Source of the DNA: Lingula anatina
Lineage: Eukaryota > Animalia > Brachiopoda
Assembly (NCBI GenBank): GCA_051362555.1
Contig: CM120644.1
Location: 18,064,534 to 18,128,533 of the forward strand
Reading direction: 5' to 3'
Length of the DNA stretch: 64,000 nt
Below are positions 1-11,615 of this stretch, one piece after another (positions within the stretch are counted from its first letter, which is position 1; every line of letters starts with the position of its first letter). Under the pieces are notes generated by a model. The model saw only the letters and a list, made by a program, of their open reading frames with translations, had not been told where the DNA came from and did not search any database. The position numbers and the translations under genes were made by a program.

Positions 1-1184
1 TATTGCCAATTATTTAGGAACAAGAAATACTTATAATTACGTTAACTGCGGGTGTTTTTCTCGCCTCCGTGACTGTCTACCGATAATAATCTTGATATTG
101 ATTCCTTCAGCAGCTACGTGCTTGAGAATTTATCCCACACGACAATGGTGTCACGAATTATTGCGCATCCTGCAGTCATACGATATTATCTATTCTTAAA
201 AAGCTCAAGTTAATAACTTTCGATTTTTTTCTCTATTTAAGGGTGTTGATTATGATGCAGGATGTTCAAGATCAATCAAAAGATTCTCTTGGAATGCAAA
301 ACACAAAACACACAAAAATTAATTGCGATGCACGCAGCGCAGTTTTTTTTCTCACGGCAAGGCCATATGAATTAAGGACCACACCACAACAAACCTTTGC
401 AAAAACCGCAAATGCCATTATTAGTTGATTGATAAACAACCCGATGAGGGTCAATAAATAACAATTATTTACCCGCGGATATATCTAGCTTTGAGGGTTT
501 TCAGAAGTCTTGCAAGTCTGGAAATGAAAAAAGCCGCTGATCATGAGGCGTCATTCTTTAGTGCTATTCATCAGACGGCTTAAAATATGTACTATAACCT
601 TTTCCAACTATGCAGAAGTCTCTACTGCAAGCCTGTCATTCAATTGAGTGATACAAAATAGCCTACAGACAAGGGACGTGTAAAATATATAACGCACTTG
701 CAAATTCTACCAGTTTGTTCTGATGACAGCTATTTCAGTGTGTTCATGGAATTAAGACACTTTCCTAAAACGCTTCCGTTATCCGTTTATATATTTATTT
801 CACAATGCCCTTTAATAACCTGTATTCTTTAAAGCGCTTGGGCCTTCAGACGGTGTAGTCTAGCAGTGAAAGCTTTATACAATGTACAAGCGCTCCTGTC
901 AAATACTTCATGTAGGCTATAAATTGTCTTTGAAACTTGTCCAGATGAATTAATAGTGTTTTTTCATATGCAGTTTTACTATCATAATCCCAACTGATTG
1001 TAAAACTCTCTTTTTTTCTGTATATGCCGTACATTGAGGGTTTTTTGTTGAACAAAACTGTGTAAAACTGCTGTCGATACAATTATAAGGATCGTACCAG
1101 CTGAACAGTCTATTTGTTACTTTTAAAAAAATGATAATAAAACTTATGAAATAATGATAAATAAAGCAAATTTACAACAGCAAT

Positions 1185-1187
1185 TAA

Positions 1188-1250
<63 letters not shown>

Positions 1251-1253
1251 ATA
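1185..1253. repeat. (AAAT)n microsatellite
   Basis: Directly visible tetranucleotide run. Confidence 0.95.
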
Positions 1254-2248
1254 CGGGGAGACATAGAGCATGTAAATGTCATCCACTTATCTCAGGACGA
1301 GGCAAGTAATCTCATTCCTCTGTTCCTTGTATTGGAGTAAGAAAAAAAAAATTCTTTGAATAATTCATCACTTCACTCTGAAAGCTGATATATCACCTGG
1401 CGATACATGTGCAACAATTCTCATGCGCAATGCGTAAAATCTTAGATTTATTGTGTAAAACAGTTTAACAAAAACAACGTTCTATAGGTAGCAGCAATAT
1501 AACGCATTTATTTAAAAAATGTTGTCATTTGCCTAGGAGGTTCATAAATTTTCTCAGAAACAGTCGGGTAATAAAATCTTAGACATTTGTCGCAGTAAAA
1601 CAAGTTCTTTTTAAAAAGCAGCATAATATGGCTTAATTCTGTCATGTTTAAAATATCTATTGCACACAGTGGTGGAACAATGTACAATTTGTAATAAATT
1701 TTCGGGCTGCAACAATTAACTTCAATAGTTTTTCTAAAGACGCATTTCTGAATGAGTTAAAACGACGATCTTTGAAACAAGTACTTCAATTTGGGAAACA
1801 ATGTGCAGAGAATCAGAAACAAATAAATATCAGGTAACATGAGATATGTATCCTACTTAACGTCTTTACATAATAACCCTCATTGTTGTACGCATTGGAG
1901 TCCTGAGAGAGGAGAGGAGCAGACATCAAGAAATGTGAGACATTGTAAAACATTCATGAGGAGGAAATTACGAGTGTTCCGGTCAAATAAGCTCGGCAAC
2001 CAAGAAACCGAGGGAAAGGGCGCGAACTAGACAAAGGTCTTAAGGAAAGGCAACGGAAAGAATGACGAGGAAAGAAACGTCAATCTTTGAAGTTGAGCCA
2101 GCCTACGGGAAATTATCGATTTCCACCTGGTTGATATCCTTTTCGTTGAGTATTTAGCTCTTGAAAAGGTCACTGATATGGTGAACGGAATTGAAAAATG
2201 TATCAAAGTAATCACATGAAACTGCCATCAGAACTGTTCATGCGAGTA

Positions 2249-2425
2249 CGGCCACACTCAGAACAGTGGACTAACTAGTCCGCGGGTCAAATATGGCGAC
2301 CCACTAAAAAACTTGCCCTCTAATACGCCACCAGACATTTAATAGAGTCCTCGTGGGGAAGTATTCAAGTGGGTCGGCCATATTTGACCCTCGGACTAGT
2401 TTCTCCACTGTTCTGAATACGGCCT
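2249..2425. mobile_element. Palindromic MITE, family A
   Basis: ~50-bp inverted arms cagaacagtgga..actagtccg.gggtcaaatatggc.gacccact / agtgggtcggccatatttgaccctcggactagt..tccactgttctga; related copies at 19037-19223 and 19340-19516. Confidence 0.8.
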
Positions 2426-2689
2426 AACACATCCACTTGTATAATTTGAATATTATTCACAAGGGGCACAGAATTCACGCCTCGTGCTATTTGATAATGT
2501 CATACCTGTCAAACAAATCGAAAGCAAAATCCAAATTTGCTACCAAGAGAGTACTGAGTGTAATTGATTCTTTTGGCGGTATTTATCATTTTATTACAAA
2601 AACCGAAAAAAGTAACTGCTACGTTGGAAGTGAACAGGTCTAGTCTATGATTAGGGAAATAGCAAATGCCGTAGAAAACACTGTTTATG

Positions 2690-2893
2690 TAAAGCCCAGA
2701 TTACATTTGAAATGCGATGCACGTATACTGCCCGTAACACCCTTCTCGTACGGAGTCTAATCGGAGGTAGCCTGGCCGTGCAAAATCGCACAGAATCGTA
2801 ATGTAGTCATACGGGCGTAGCCCGTAGCTCCTTACGATTTCAAAAAAAAATAAATAATAATAATAAATAAATAAAAATAGATAAATAAAATAA

Positions 2894-2972
<79 letters not shown>

Positions 2973-3048
2973 AATAAAAATTAAAAATTGAAAAAAATCG
3001 TACGGACAATTTCATCGCACGGCGTCCGTGTAAATGTAAACTAGGCCT
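2690..3048. mobile_element. Probable MITE with internal AAT/AAAT microsatellite
   Basis: Imperfect inverted termini taaagcccagattacatt ... aatgtaaactaggcctaa, internal inverted tacgatt/aatcgta motifs; simple repeat at about 2845-2985. Confidence 0.55.
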
Positions 3049-3164
3049 AAGCCAACGTCTCAACAGAAAAGAAAATCAACGATGCAAATAGTTACTTTCA
3101 TAATGCAACATTAAAATAACTGAACATAAAAGTATTCTGATTTGGGAAACCAAAACTCATTTAC

Positions 3165-3264
3165 CTGTTAAAGTCAGATATACCCCAATAACTGTGCAGG
3201 CAGTGTCCGTGAGAGGTCGCAATTCCTCCTCGGAGAAGACAGTAGTGTCGTTAACCATTGTCAT
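3165..3264 (-). CDS. First coding exon of a 7TM receptor, probably a group-4 opsin (peropsin/Opn5/Go-opsin-like); gene continues left of the window
   Basis: ATG at 3264 gives MTMVNDTTVFSEEELRPLTDTACTVIGVYLTLT-G ending at a phase-1 donor (ACAG|gtaaat). N-glycosylation sequon NDT. The TM1 start resembles peropsin (..IVATYLIMAG) and Opn5 (..VAGFYLTIIG), whose first intron I recall at this same Gly. TATA box just upstream. Confidence 0.62.
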
Positions 3265-3337
3265 ACGTATTGTGCCTTTTTCCGAGTCAATATGCAGTCC
3301 GTCGCCGTTCTCTAGCACTCTATGCCGCATCTTACGC

Positions 3338-3344
3338 TTTTATA
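3338..3344 (-). promoter_or_regulatory. TATA box of the putative opsin gene
   Basis: ggcTATAAAAgcg on the minus strand, ~75 bp upstream of the ATG at 3264. Confidence 0.55.
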
Positions 3345-4170
3345 GCCTTGAATGACGATCGCTTATCGTGACGCTCCGCGGCATTGCTGAAACGGTGACG
3401 TAAATTCTCTGGCACATGCAGTTAATAATAACGATTATCAGGGCACTTACGACGATTTCCAGTTAAACACTACTGGTAAACAGGTCTAGTATGTGTTTAC
3501 AGGTCTAAAATTTTGTTTGTATGTTTTTTGTTTGTGTTTTTTTGTCTGCCTATTAATTAATCAATGCATACACTGTATTTCCACACACTGCCTAATCTTC
3601 ATATTCCCATTGATTGATCAAAAAGGAGAATGTGCATGTGCGGTGCAAAAACACTAAACGCCCATGCATTATGCCTTTTATTATCTAACCTGCTGCAAAT
3701 TTCCGAACACTTTGAGTGACAAAATTAATTGCTATTGCAATTATGCTTGAGGTTCAGCTTATTATCCCCTGTTTTTCTTTAGTATAATAGATCGGGCAAG
3801 ATTTGACCTCTCAGACTTGGCGGATACAGAAAAGAATAACCGATTACTGTTTCGTAAGGATCTACTTGATTTTTATACTGCTACCGGACAAAGAGGAGTT
3901 ACTGACGTATGGTCCTTGGTTACATTGCATTTAAGGTGCCCTCAAAATACGATAATACATGTGCATGTGCATGAATGATTGTTTTAATCGTTACTTTTCT
4001 GGGAATTGATGATAGCGACTTCCTTTGCCTCATATTTTAACTGCTCGGATCTAATTGTTTTCTTTACATAAGCTGGTTATTAACTCTGTCCAAGCCTTTT
4101 TGGGAAATGGATGAATGGAATATTTGCCTAGGAAATGGACTAAAACACTGACGGGTCCGGGAATAGGACA

Positions 4171-4172
<2 letters not shown>

Positions 4173-4231
<59 letters not shown>
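4173..4231. repeat. (GA)n microsatellite
   Basis: Directly visible; source of the spurious SLSLSL ORFs. Confidence 0.95.
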
Positions 4232-4234
<3 letters not shown>

Positions 4235-4533
4235 GCTAACAAATGATGCATACATGCTGTTTCGGTCAGCATACGTACACTGTACACGAGATCATTTTAA
4301 AAACAATTTTAACGAAATATGGGGTATGCCCCCCACCGTTTGTTTTGGTTTGCTCTTTTAACTGTTTACTTATTTCATAGGGGAGGGGGGGGGGGACAAA
4401 TACCACGGAGCTATATAAAAACGTGACTACGTACATGATGTAACGACACGCGATGAAATTTTTGACTCATTTCAAGATGACCGCAACAACATAGTGGGCT
4501 GAAGGAGTGGGCACAAGAAGCTGGTGGGTTTTG

Positions 4534-4841
4534 TAAGATCGCATTCACAACGAGTTGAGCCAGGCTTTACAAATACTGGGGACTAAATATGGCGGTCGTA
4601 CATGAAAGAAAAACCGCCTAATCTTTTAATAGTCTCTCCGCCTCTCACACACCTCCCCACACGTCGTCCCTGCGGGGGGACAGTCATTAAATCTCGGCTC
4701 CGTTGGGACGACACATGGGGAGGCGTGTGAGAGGCGGAGAGACTATTAAAAGATTAGGCGGTTTTTCTTTCATGTACGTCCGCCATATTTAGTCCCCAGG
4801 ATTTGTAAAGCCTGGCTCAACTCGTTGTGAATGCGATCTTA
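4534..4841. mobile_element. Near-perfect foldback MITE, 308 bp including TA flanks
   Basis: ~135-bp inverted arms (taagatcgcattcacaacgagttgagccagg... / ...cctggctcaactcgttgtgaatgcgatctta) with few mismatches around a ~35-bp loop; shares gcattcacaac and aaatatggc motifs with family A. Confidence 0.9.
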
Positions 4842-5035
4842 GACATACAATATTACATATATATCTTCCTTTTTTATTTTTATGTCAATAAATGTAATCT
4901 TGAATTGTGATCGGTTGTTAATAAATGTTATTCAAATATATATACAAAAGTAACTGCATATCCTCTATTTGTAAATGTCTGAGGATTTGCGTTTCAGGGT
5001 ATTCAAATAAAACATCCACATGATGCGTTCGTCTT

Positions 5036-5271
5036 AGGCTGTATTCCCAGAGCTTTTAGATCGATCTATCCCCGCGGATCGATCGATCTATCCCCCTAGA
5101 TTACTGTCAGATAATCCGGCTTAAATGTCCGTCCCGCCTACTACAAGCTGTAAGGGGGTAATTAACTTTCGTGTCCGCTCGGCTGACAGCTACATGATGT
5201 ATTTAGCGTGAACCCCCAGGGAGTTAGGTCGGTCTAAAGTAGATCGATCTAATCTCTGGAAATGAGGTCTT
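5036..5271. mobile_element. Degenerate MITE with TA-flanked inverted termini
   Basis: taggctgtattcccagag..tagatcgatcta ... tagatcgatcta..ctctggaaatgaggtctta. Confidence 0.55.
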
Positions 5272-5333
5272 AGTATATCCTTCCAGTATCACCGGTGCGG
5301 TTTGAGCCCTCTTTGTGAAGATGTCCGCGAACT

Positions 5334-5503
5334 CCAACATTATATATAAAAAAGCTTGTCAATGATAGAAAGACACTTATTAATCGCACCAATACAACTA
5401 AATACCTCGCATTTATTTTTCCAACATTATATATAAAAAAGCTTGTCAATGATAGAAAGAAACTTTTTAATCGCACCAATACAACTAAATACCTCGCATT
5501 TAA
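5334..5503. repeat. 87-bp-period tandem duplication, 2 copies
   Basis: ccaacattatatataaaaaagcttgtcaatgatagaaaga...aaatacctcgcattta starts at 5334 and again at 5421. Confidence 0.9.
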
Positions 5504-6227
5504 TTTTCGCCCATCTATAACGTAAAAAATTCCTTCAGCCTCATAAAACATTGAAGTGCATCTTGTGCTCAGGTTTAAAAGTCGGGGAAACTGTACCGCA
5601 TCAGGTTAGATACCTTGTCCAGTTGTAAATAGTATTAATCGCATTTATTAAAAGCAAGTTGGAAACCTGTCAGGCTCTGAGTCAATGTCAAACCATAGAG
5701 CTGGAAGCCTGTCAGCTACACGATTTGAACAAAAACAAACAACCGAGGCAATTATATTCTCAGTAGTTAAGATGTCGGCCAGCTAGGTTACAAAATGTAC
5801 CCAATGGATTGTCGTGACACCTGTGGATTGACGTAGTTAAGTGACCAACAACACACACATGACTGAGAGCAGATATTAAGAGTATATCAAGAGATTTCAA
5901 TCAAATTAACCAGAATCATACTGGAAGCTTGTCATGCAACATTATGACCGTCTTCCGGGACACGGCGGGAGTCGCACCTTTGAAAATAAACAAGGACGAT
6001 GGGATTTCCATGTCACACTGATTTTGAACATATTCTGAGTCACCATAGTTTGGGAGGTTAATATTTCTCTCAAATGCTGAGTATATTTTTCTATACTCTT
6101 TTTATTCTCTACCACTAGTACTGTAGCGATCAAGAATAGGTTGATGGACTCTAGTAAATTACTTTTTTTGTTTTTTTTGGTGAGCATTCATTGTCTTGTA
6201 AGGACCTGACACTATACAGTGAACCGG

Positions 6228-6390
6228 TGTTAAGTGAAAAAGAGTCACCCATGATAGAGATTCCGCCTCCCATTCATTTGTGCAGGTAAGTCTCGCCCTG
6301 GGTTTCGACCCACTTAGGTCAGGCTAACCCTAACCATTATAACTAAATGGAGGGTGGCTTTCTGTTACACGGGTGCTCAGTTTCGTTACA
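6228..6390. mobile_element. Ginger-like MITE, 163 bp, copy 1
   Basis: TGT...ACA termini flanked by CCGG/CCGG 4-bp duplication; full-length inverted homolog at 48318-48481. Confidence 0.7.
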
Positions 6391-6612
6391 CCGGTTTTAT
6401 CAGAGGACATTGGCTGCAGCCACAGCAATGCCAGGCGGGTTGTTTTGATTTCCTCTGGATCACGCTGATAAAACCAAGAGGGAGTCCATGGCGTGTGGGC
6501 GCCGCGTGGTCTTGCCACTTATAACCAGGCGTGCTTCACGATGAGGGCACCTGATCATATCGTTTATAACCTTAACCCACGAACCACAAAGGCGTCATAC
6601 ATATACTGTATC

Positions 6613-6770
6613 TTTAAAAACCTTTACACTGGACGGCGTCCTTTCTGCGTCCTTTGTGCAACCATGGAACTGGCATCGCAGTGGCCAGTTGTCGGCACGT
6701 GGAGTATTATTTTATTTACTCTCAAACAGGGCCGTACTACGGGACTTAGAGAGGCCGTCGTCCCGTGTAA
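6613..6770. mobile_element. MITE family B copy
   Basis: Reverse-complement similarity to 34304-34526 (tacactggacggcgtcctttct, atttactctcaaacaggg). Confidence 0.65.
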
Positions 6771-9700
6771 ATATATTTTACTTGTACAGGCTTATCATAC
6801 ATACTAGTATATGTAGAATATAGAGTATATTCATGTACACACCACTCTACCTCTTGCCAATCCTAGATCTCCGATTGGTCAGTTACATGTACAAAGCCAT
6901 ATTTGTCCTTGTAAGATGTCAATTGCTACAGTGTACACGTAAACATGTGTATCAAAATTACCTATACATTTCATTATACGTAAAATAATTTAATGTGTCT
7001 TAATTGCTGAAGAGTGTGTAAATCTCTTTTTTTCTATGTAAAGTATTGTTAAACATTGTATAACCAATCCATGCACAATCAACAAAATACAGATAAATCA
7101 GCAAAACCGAAAATTGTTTTTGTTTACATCTTGATGAAGTTTATAGTCATCTACATGTAGCTTCTAAAGGCCTCTAGTTACTGGTACAATAAAAAAGAGC
7201 AAAGTTCCCCGTGTACTTTGAAGATTACAGGCACATGTAAGACTGTATTCTTCGTTGTACATGTACCCTCGGGACTGTGCTCTGTTTGATTAGCATCATT
7301 ATTCCTGAACGTACGTGACAAATTCCGGGGATCATGTTATCCCATCCGATGGAAATTTCCTCATAGACCATTACAGTAAGAAACTTTTAACAAGTTTTAA
7401 AACTTGCCATTTGGGGTGTAAATGAGTTCTCCTGAATTCTAGTGCGTCTGGGATATGGAACTGTCCTTGGAGATGACCATTACTTTTTTTCACATACAGA
7501 ATTTGAAAGCATGCAGATTCCTTATGTTATGTTTCCTCGTGTCATTTACAAAGAGTCAATACCTACTATACGGAGCTGGGTGTCTGGGGTGGCTGGCGAT
7601 GTCGTTTTCTTTTACTATTACATGGAACTTATTTTTAATGGATTTATTCTGTCTCTGTCCCTCTCTCTCGCTCACTACCTGACGTTGATCGGCATTTTTC
7701 GCTGGGTGACACGAAAGCTTATTTAAGTTGACGATGACAAAGCACCAATTACCGAAAGGGAGATACTGGATTAACATGTATCTCCGCCATACAGCCGCCA
7801 ATATTATCCGCGGTCTGTGTCAATTGAAGCGACTAATAGACAAGGAAGTATTTCCTGAAGTTAAGGGATGTTGCCTGTACATTTTGAGCAGAATTTCCCG
7901 CATCACTCCTCCATAATTTTATTAGAAAGAGACTGCACATGGAAATTCGATGCCACAAAATTCATCAAAGCGTCACTATCGATCAGGTTGTTTTTATTAA
8001 CCGTCGTCCTTGCAATAAATACATTGACAAGTGTTACAAATGGTTCACTTGTGAATCAAAAGATGCGAATCTGAATCTGGCTTAACGTGATGTAACAGGT
8101 TGCTATGTCGTGCAAGGCGACCTTGTAATTGAATAAACGGATCCGTCACACATCTAGGTCTCATATCAGACTAAAATCTACATTGTTTTCTAAATCTAAT
8201 ATATTGAGAGAAGGAAGGACAGTAATGTCAGATTTTAGGCGTTACAAAATTGAAAGAGTTGAACTTAGTAATTACTGTTTTGTTTAAATATCAATTGTCA
8301 CTTTACTCCACGGTGTTTCGTAGCAGTGAGTGTTATATTTGAGAACATGAACTGGTTGCTGCTACCACTTATATATTGGAAATTGTCGATAATAATTATG
8401 TCGGTTTATAACTTTAAATAAAGCAATGGTGTTTCCACTTAACCGCGCGATAAACCCACATACATGTACACTGTAGACATTGCAAAAGGTGAAGCTTTTT
8501 CGAACACAACTGTCACAACTCGAAAATGCTCGCTAGACGCAACTAACACAATTTGAACAAAGAAATTTCTCATTGGCCACAAATACCCCCTATCCCGTAG
8601 CATATTTGAAATGTCAGGTGTTTATTATTAAACCACACCTACAGCAAAAATATATGGTTGATGTTTGGTACTTGTAATAGGGCAAACAGCCCTTCTTTGA
8701 AATATTCATGCACATTTTATTCTTCTATCGAGTGCTATTTTTCTCCTTTTTTCGATCCGAAGGACTCTTCATTGAAGCAAGTGAATATCATCAAATCAGC
8801 ATCGTTTTCTTCATAAACAAATATGCCACAATCTCTTACAACATGTTTGCCTTATTAAAAACTATAAAAACATGTTCGTAAATGGATTTTTTTGTGATAA
8901 AAGTTTTAATTACACCTTACATCATTTCCAAAAATGTTCAAGCACTTACTACCAATTGGTGTTGTTAAAGTAATGAGTCCCTGTGCGAAGTAACAAATTG
9001 AGAAAAGAAACGACAGCAATTTAATGTTATTGTGTTTCTTTGACGCCACGTCCGTGTTTGCTGTAACTGCCAGGTCAAGTTGACGGGGACGCTTTTCAGG
9101 CACTTCACCTGTCAGGCAACTCAATTTACACTTTTAATTTCAATTAAAAAATTAAGCAGTGTGTATGTGTGTGTGTAACTGTGTGTGTGTGTGTGGGGTT
9201 ATCAATGCACTGCACATACGTTTTGTTAACATTCTGATAAAAAACATACTTGTTTTACATATATATTTAAGTGACGTGTTGCGGTTCAATGTTTTCTTCT
9301 TAATCACATATTTTTATATACACATACAGGCGAAATGTCTATATGCATGAATATTCTGCACTTTGTCTGAGATTGTTGGCACCGTGGAGTTCCGGCACAC
9401 CCTTTGAACACCTTATACAGTTGCCAAACTGAAATTTGGATTTATTTAGGATGTTCTCAGTGGCTTGTTTTTAGTAAAGGTACAGGTTCCTTGTGAAAAC
9501 CAGCGTGATTGGGTTTTTATATTTAATTGCTTGCTGGAATTTGACTGTTCATGTTAAAATAGAGCAACGATTTTGGCCTATTTAACCGCATTGCCATTTT
9601 TCATTCAACTTAAATTTTTTACACTGTTCAAATTTGACATTTTTTCCAATAAAAGAATTGAGGAAATCTTTTTCCCCACATTGTTCCATGTTGCATTTAT

Positions 9701-10115
9701 CAGCTCCTCAAAAATCTAGATTGCTAGAATTTAACATTTATTTATAACTAGTCTCTACGAGAACGTTTTTATAACTGACATAAGTGAGAACGTCACTTTC
9801 AGATGTCTTTATTATGATTTAAATGGTGTTTTATAATCTTTTGTCGTTATTTTTTTTTTGCGCATTTTGAACACTTCAGCAGTTAAAGAGAAAAGTTGTG
9901 ACACGCATAACAATTAGCCAAGTAAGTGATTATGTAGATTTTTGTAGAGGACATACCCCGGTTGTTTTAAGATCACTGAAAAGTATGCTCGGGCGAAATA
10001 GAAAACTCTGCAAAATTACTTTTAAAGAGTTTGTACTTATTAAACACACAATCATATGACCCCTGTTTGCTTATTTCACAAAGTTAAATGTACCTGTATT
10101 CGTTAAATAGATCTG

Positions 10116-11306
10116 TTATTTGTCTGTATTGCCTTCAGGCAAAGTAATGTCCCCGATACTCGAGCCACAGTGAGACGGCTGAGTGGTCACAGACGCTAAA
10201 GTGAAACTGCTACCTTGGATTTCGTCAGTGGACTTCGAAGAAGGACCCGCAAAAGGGCTGCTTTGGCGTGCCTTTCCCTCTTTGCCAGGAGCGTTTCTGT
10301 TGCAGCAGAAAATGGCACCAAACTCACGTCGGAGCATCCCAGAACCGATGACATAAACAAAAAAGTTGCATGTATGATCGACGCCGCTGACCAATTTAAA
10401 TATATTGCCCAAAACGAAATGCAGCTCACTGATATCCTCTGACGCCAGGTAGTGCACCATGAACTCCGTGACCAAATAAGGCGTTTCCAAGACGACGAAC
10501 AGCATCCCGTTGACGACCAGGGTCACAGTCAGCGCCGTCTCCTGCTGGGACAAATGAAGACCACTGCGGCACCTCTGGTTCCGCTCCTTCAAACCCATCT
10601 TTTTCATCGCTGACCAGTGGGCACGCAGCTTGACCACCGTGATACAGTTGATGACGATGACCAAAAACACCGGAGGCGTTTCTATCAGTATACGCACGAG
10701 GTTCTGATACAGCGGCCCTATGGTATCGGTTTGCAATGTCCAGCAAATCCACGTAGTGTTGTCCAACGGGATTTGATGGTCAAAAACAAAGCGGGCAATA
10801 TTGGGTAACGCGGACCAACACACAAACACGACAACGACGATCCTTGCAAGTTTTACCGTCAAAAGCGTCTTGGCTCTGAAAGGGAAAACCACCCGCGTCA
10901 TTCTTTCCAGTGAGATACAGAAAATAGTCCAGTGAGCGAGTCCCGTGGCAAAATGACCGAGAAAATTGGTAATGGTGCAGTAGATGTCCCCCCAAGACAT
11001 CGGGATCATATCTGCCCATTCCAAATGCCAACGTAATATATCCAAGCAAAAAATAAAATCTGCAATGGCCAAGGCGGACAGGTATACGGAGACTGTAAGC
11101 GTCCTGACCTCTTTTCTCAGAGTGACCAGAAGAAGGATTAATAGATTGCAGCACAAACCGATGACGGACACTGGGAGCATACCCAAACGCGCCCCAGCAA
11201 TTAATACCTCTGTAGTCGTCACAATTGTCCCATTTTTTGCCGAGCCTTGGTCATTCACGTTCCGTGCATCATTACTGATCATGAGGGTTACATTCTCCAG
11301 AGTCAT
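10116..11306 (-). CDS. Intronless class A (rhodopsin-like) GPCR, FMRFamide-receptor-like/srw-like orphan receptor, copy 1 (396 aa)
   Basis: Seven hydrophobic segments; TM1 CN, TM2 YLSALAIAD, TM3 Cys and SLERM (DRY variant), TM4 W, ECL2 Cys, TM6 FVVLETP, TM7 NFFVY, helix 8 followed by CC; N-terminal sequons. Confidence 0.93.
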   Translation of the reverse strand: MTLENVTLMISNDARNVNDQGSAKNGTIVTTTEVLIAGARLGMLPVSVIGLCCNLLILLLVTLRKEVRTLTVSVYLSALAIADFIFCLDILRWHLEWADMIPMSWGDIYCTITNFLGHFATGLAHWTIFCISLERMTRVVFPFRAKTLLTVKLARIVVVVFVCWSALPNIARFVFDHQIPLDNTTWICWTLQTDTIGPLYQNLVRILIETPPVFLVIVINCITVVKLRAHWSAMKKMGLKERNQRCRSGLHLSQQETALTVTLVVNGMLFVVLETPYLVTEFMVHYLASEDISELHFVLGNIFKLVSGVDHTCNFFVYVIGSGMLRREFGAIFCCNRNAPGKEGKARQSSPFAGPSSKSTDEIQGSSFTLASVTTQPSHCGSSIGDITLPEGNTDK

Positions 11307-11607
11307 ATTTTCAAGTTTTTTTTGTTATTTTGTTTGATCGTCAAATCCGTGTCTGGCACACAGCTTTCTTGTACAAGGGGTCCTGATGCTCCTTGGTTTT
11401 TGTTGATTTAAAAAATTGCATACCACAAAGCTCAATATTTAAGCTCAATTTCATTCCGTCTGGAGATGAGCCTTCAAAAGTTTTCTGTATCCAGTACTGT
11501 ATGGTAGTTTACAGGGAAATCATTACGTCAGCGTAGATAAGTCTGCCAGGTGATGTGTTACATTGTCAACGAGCGGCGTATGTTTCAGAAAAAAAGCCCA
11601 AGTAATA

Positions 11608-11615
11608 TTTATATA
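11608..11615 (-). promoter_or_regulatory. Candidate TATA box of GPCR copy 1
   Basis: TATATAAA on the minus strand ~300 bp upstream of the ATG, within a ~46-bp block identical in both duplicates. Confidence 0.45.

Noticed and set aside
272-454. Hydrophobic minus-strand ORF considered as opsin exon 2
   Set aside because: Lacks the TM1 GN and TM2 LA..D motifs and a suitable acceptor
2701-3063. 120-aa hydrophobic ORF (poly-L, FIYL)
   Set aside because: Translation of AAT/AAAT microsatellites inside a MITE
10780-11337. Overlapping alternative-frame and antisense ORFs (124 aa, 117 aa), repeated at 17081-17650
   Set aside because: Shadows of the GPCR coding sequence; their recurrence is explained by the duplication
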